Origin: Pirellulaceae bacterium
GTDB lineage: Bacteria; Planctomycetota; Planctomycetia; Pirellulales; Pirellulaceae
Reading direction: 5' to 3'
DNA length: 24,251 nucleotides
Assembly (NCBI GenBank): GCA_024102795.1
Contig: JAGFJK010000232.1
Location: forward strand, 1 to 24,251
Notes under the pieces: model-generated
Told to the model about the DNA's origin: nothing
Databases searched by the model: none
What the model saw: the letters and a program-made list of their open reading frames with translations, nothing else
Part shown: piece by piece, positions 21,943 to 24,251 of the stretch
How the letters are laid out: every line of letters begins with the position of its first letter
Numbering within the stretch: position 1 is the stretch's first letter
Made by a program: the position numbers and the translations under genes

Positions 21943-22571
21943 AGCGGCTCCTCATCCAGTATCTCGCGCAGTTTCCGCAGTCCCCGCTTGAGCAATCCCG
22001 CCACGGCCAGTTCCGAACGCTCGAGCTCCGCGGCCAGCTCGGCCAGCGTCCGCCCTTCCAGATGCCGCAGGCGAACGGCCCGGCGCTGGTCGGGCGGCAA
22101 GCCTTCCAGGGCCTGGGACAACCGGATCGCGTCTTCGCCCAGCATCACTCGGCGACTGGGCGACGATTGCGAGGCCGGCAAATCGGGCCCCAGGTTGTCA
22201 TGCGATCCGTCGCCCGGATCGATCCGCCGCTCGCGGTCCACGCTACGGCGCTGAGCGAACACGTGCTGCTGCAGCGTCTGCGACACGTTATGCCGCAGGA
22301 TTTGCCGCAGCCAGGCCACCAGTTCCGCTTCCACGCTGCCGCGGAACTGGGCCAGGTCCCGGTAGGCCTCCAGACAGGTCTGCTGGACCACATCCGAGGC
22401 GTCCGCGCGGACCCGGACCTGGGAATCCAACTCGCGTTCGGCCAGCACCCGCAGGTAGGGCCGGTAGTTGTTGAGCAGTCTGCCGAGCGCTTCCGCATCG
22501 CCCTCCCGCGCTCGGGCCAGCAGTTCGGGTACGTTGAGCGAGTCCATCGACTCTCGGCTCTCCGAGGACAT
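21939..22571 (-). CDS. ECF-type RNA polymerase sigma-70 family factor
   Basis: An ATG at 22571 starts MSSESRESMDSLNVPELLARAREGDAEALGRLLNNYRPYLRVLAERE. This is sigma-70 region 2, with the VQQTCLEAY region. Region 4 is the helix-turn-helix LSQALEGLPPDQRRAVRLRHLEGRTLAELAAELERSELAVAGLLKRGLRKLR. Confidence 0.82.
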   Translation of the reverse strand: MSSESRESMDSLNVPELLARAREGDAEALGRLLNNYRPYLRVLAERELDSQVRVRADASDVVQQTCLEAYRDLAQFRGSVEAELVAWLRQILRHNVSQTLQQHVFAQRRSVDRERRIDPGDGSHDNLGPDLPASQSSPSRRVMLGEDAIRLSQALEGLPPDQRRAVRLRHLEGRTLAELAAELERSELAVAGLLKRGLRKLREILDEEPL

Positions 22572-22642
22572 AGGGCGGCTAAGGACCGCGGCCGGGGCGC
22601 GCCGCGGCGAAAAAAGTTCGACCATTCACCCGGCCGGCGCGG

Positions 22643-23500
22643 TCAGCGGCCCGTGGGAATCTGTCCGCTCTGGAACGGTTCGCCACACTGGAGCACGCGG
22701 CAAGCTTGCCCCAGCCGGCGCGCCGCTTCCACGAACGTCCGCGGATCGGCCGTGTTGAAAGTGAACATGTCGTAGTGGCAGGGGATGACCAGCCGTGCGG
22801 CCAGATCGTGTGCCAGCCGCGCGGCTTCCTCGCCATTCAGGTTGCCCGCCACGCGCCGCTCGGGTGCCCGACCGTTGATCGGCAGAAGGGCCAGATCGAT
22901 ATTCCAGGCGGACAACCGAGGCAGCATGTCGGCGTAGCGCAGCGTATCGCCGCTATGATACACCGTCCAAGGTCCGAATTGCACGACAAAGCCCAGAAAC
23001 AGGCAACGACCCGCCGCGTCCCGCTCGACGGTCTCGTGAGCGGCCGGGACCGCGTGCAACGTGAATCCGGCCAACTGGCAGCTTTCCCCGTCGTCGATCC
23101 CGATCAGCCGCTCGGCCGCCACTCCAAGTCGCCCGGCGGCAAAATCCCGGTTGGCCGCCGGCACCACGACCTGCACCTGGGGGCTGGCGGCCAGCAGCGG
23201 GAGCAGCGTGTCGGCGTCCAGGTGGTCCGTGTGATTGTGGCTGGAGGTGACCACGTCGACGAAGTCCAACCGCGCTGGATCGACCGCCCGGCGCGTCATC
23301 CGCACATGGGGCTTGTCGGTGGCGGCATACTTGCGCGTCAGCGAGTCGGACAGGTAGGGATCCAGCAGCAAGTGCCGGCCCCGCCACTTCAACAGGAAAC
23401 CACTCTGCCCCAGCCACCAGAGCCAGAAGTCGTCGCTTGAGTCGCCCACCGAACGGATCTGGTCCAGCAGGGCGTCGTCGGCCAGCAGCGGCTCGATCAT
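22643..23500 (-). CDS. MBL-fold metallo-hydrolase
   Basis: An ATG at 23500 (MIEPLLADD...) overlaps the upstream gene stop as ATGA. The motifs are WLGQSGFLL, the HxHxDH metal-binding motif (SSHNHTDHLD), later His residues (HAVPAAHE, YHSGDT) and PCHYD. Confidence 0.8.
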   Translation of the reverse strand: MIEPLLADDALLDQIRSVGDSSDDFWLWWLGQSGFLLKWRGRHLLLDPYLSDSLTRKYAATDKPHVRMTRRAVDPARLDFVDVVTSSHNHTDHLDADTLLPLLAASPQVQVVVPAANRDFAAGRLGVAAERLIGIDDGESCQLAGFTLHAVPAAHETVERDAAGRCLFLGFVVQFGPWTVYHSGDTLRYADMLPRLSAWNIDLALLPINGRAPERRVAGNLNGEEAARLAHDLAARLVIPCHYDMFTFNTADPRTFVEAARRLGQACRVLQCGEPFQSGQIPTGR

Positions 23501-24251
23501 GCGTCGCTCGGCTCCCAGCCCAATTCGCGCCGGACTTGCCGCACGCCGGCTACCAGGTTGGCCAGCTTCTGGCGAGCGGCCCAGCGCGCCGTCTGGCTGA
23601 GCCCGCAATCGGGCGCCAGTGCCAGCCGCTGGGCGGGCACGTAATGCAGGCAGCGCCGCACGCGGTCCGCCACGTCCTCGGCGGTTTCCACGTAGTAGCT
23701 CTTGACGTCGATCACGCCCACCGCCACGTCATGCCTTGCGGCAAGCCGTTCGATCAGATCGAGCTCCGCGAATTCGCGGCTGGCCATTTCCACATGGATT
23801 TCATCCAGGTGAAAGTCCAGGAAGTCGGGGAACATCGGCGCGTAGCTCCGCGGTCCCACCGCGCGTCCCTTGTAGTTGCCGAAGCAGAGGTGCGTCGAGA
23901 GTCGGCAGCGGCCGAACACGCCCTCCACCGTGCGGTTGAAGATGTCGACCAGCCGCCGCCGGTCGGTGCGATGCGCGTAACAGCTCATCGACGGCTCGTC
24001 CACGGTCAGTTCGCGGCAGCCGGCCGCCACCAGCCGCTCCAGTTCGCCGCGCACCAGCGGCAGCAGCGCTTCGGTCACCGCGAAGCGGTCGGCGTACAAT
24101 GGTTCCGGGACCAGGCGGCCGGCCAGGGTGTAGGGACCCGGCACACTGGCCTTCAGCGTCACGCCGGCTGGGGCTACCTGCCGCAGCCGCTCGAACTCCT
24201 CCACCGCGCCCAGGCCGCGCGGGGCGCTGAGCGGGGCGACGACCCGGTGGC
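23497..24251 (-). CDS. Cobalamin-independent methionine synthase (MetE) C-terminal-domain-like protein of the UroD/MetE superfamily. The N-terminus runs past the window end.
   Basis: Motifs matching the MetE C-domain zinc and substrate sites are TVDEP, THLCFGN (His-x-Cys), VIDVKSYYVETAEDV and LALAPDCGL (C-terminal Cys). The reading frame is still open at 24251. Confidence 0.7.
   Translation of the reverse strand, partial: HRVVAPLSAPRGLGAVEEFERLRQVAPAGVTLKASVPGPYTLAGRLVPEPLYADRFAVTEALLPLVRGELERLVAAGCRELTVDEPSMSCYAHRTDRRRLVDIFNRTVEGVFGRCRLSTHLCFGNYKGRAVGPRSYAPMFPDFLDFHLDEIHVEMASREFAELDLIERLAARHDVAVGVIDVKSYYVETAEDVADRVRRCLHYVPAQRLALAPDCGLSQTARWAARQKLANLVAGVRQVRRELGWEPSDA

Noticed and set aside
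1-24251. Mobile elements such as transposases, integrases or phage genes
   Set aside because: There are no DDE or serine/tyrosine recombinase motifs. No terminal inverted repeats flank any gene, and no tRNA gene exists as an integration site. The repeats found are too short (30-50 bp) to be insertion sequences.

Overview
This is a 24.25-kb window of high-GC (about 65-70%) bacterial DNA. Its gene content suggests a Planctomycetota-like genome: a sulfatase with the C-x-P-x-R motif, an ECF sigma factor paired with a Ser/Thr kinase, an orphan PilT-family ATPase, weak or absent Shine-Dalgarno sites and several 4-nt start/stop overlaps. This lineage call is an inference.

I support 18 CDSs and no rRNA, tRNA, CRISPR array or mobile-element genes. 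From left to right they are:
- TsaE (3' partial, plus strand).
- A PQQ-like beta-propeller lipoprotein followed by a cold-shock-domain protein (minus strand).
- An SF1 Upf1/IGHMBP2-like helicase with an N-terminal DbpA-like RNA-binding domain.
- An SDR oxidoreductase.
- A VOC/glyoxalase-fold protein.
- A formylglycine-type sulfatase.
- An orphan MalK/UgpC-type ABC ATPase.
- An orphan PilT-family ATPase (plus strand).
- A four-gene minus-strand cluster: NfeD-like, flotillin (SPFH), a giant 1826-aa coiled-coil protein with a MoxR/AAA_5-like ATPase domain, and a peroxiredoxin-like protein.
- An ECF sigma factor and a Ser/Thr kinase with a C-terminal TAXI-type periplasmic solute-binding domain.
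- An MBL-fold hydrolase.
- A MetE-C-terminal-like (UroD/MetE superfamily) protein that runs off the window edge.

The observations most worth a second look are:
1. The tightly coupled NfeD-flotillin-giant AAA+ module, which looks like an undescribed membrane-scaffold/AAA+ machine.
2. A peroxiredoxin-like gene with an in-frame TGA exactly at the first Cys of its CxxC redox motif (HFG-U-PLC), so a candidate selenoprotein, with a GGU-containing hairpin about 12 nt downstream.
3. A dispersed family of short palindromic repeats (core GCTACTTTCGCGGAGCGAAAGGCGACAAT) present at three intergenic gene boundaries, with a related tandem repeat at a fourth.
4. A 630-bp intergenic region packed with stable and duplicated hairpins, including a 43-bp tandem pair.

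The many long ORFs antisense to real genes in the six-frame track are GC-driven artifacts.
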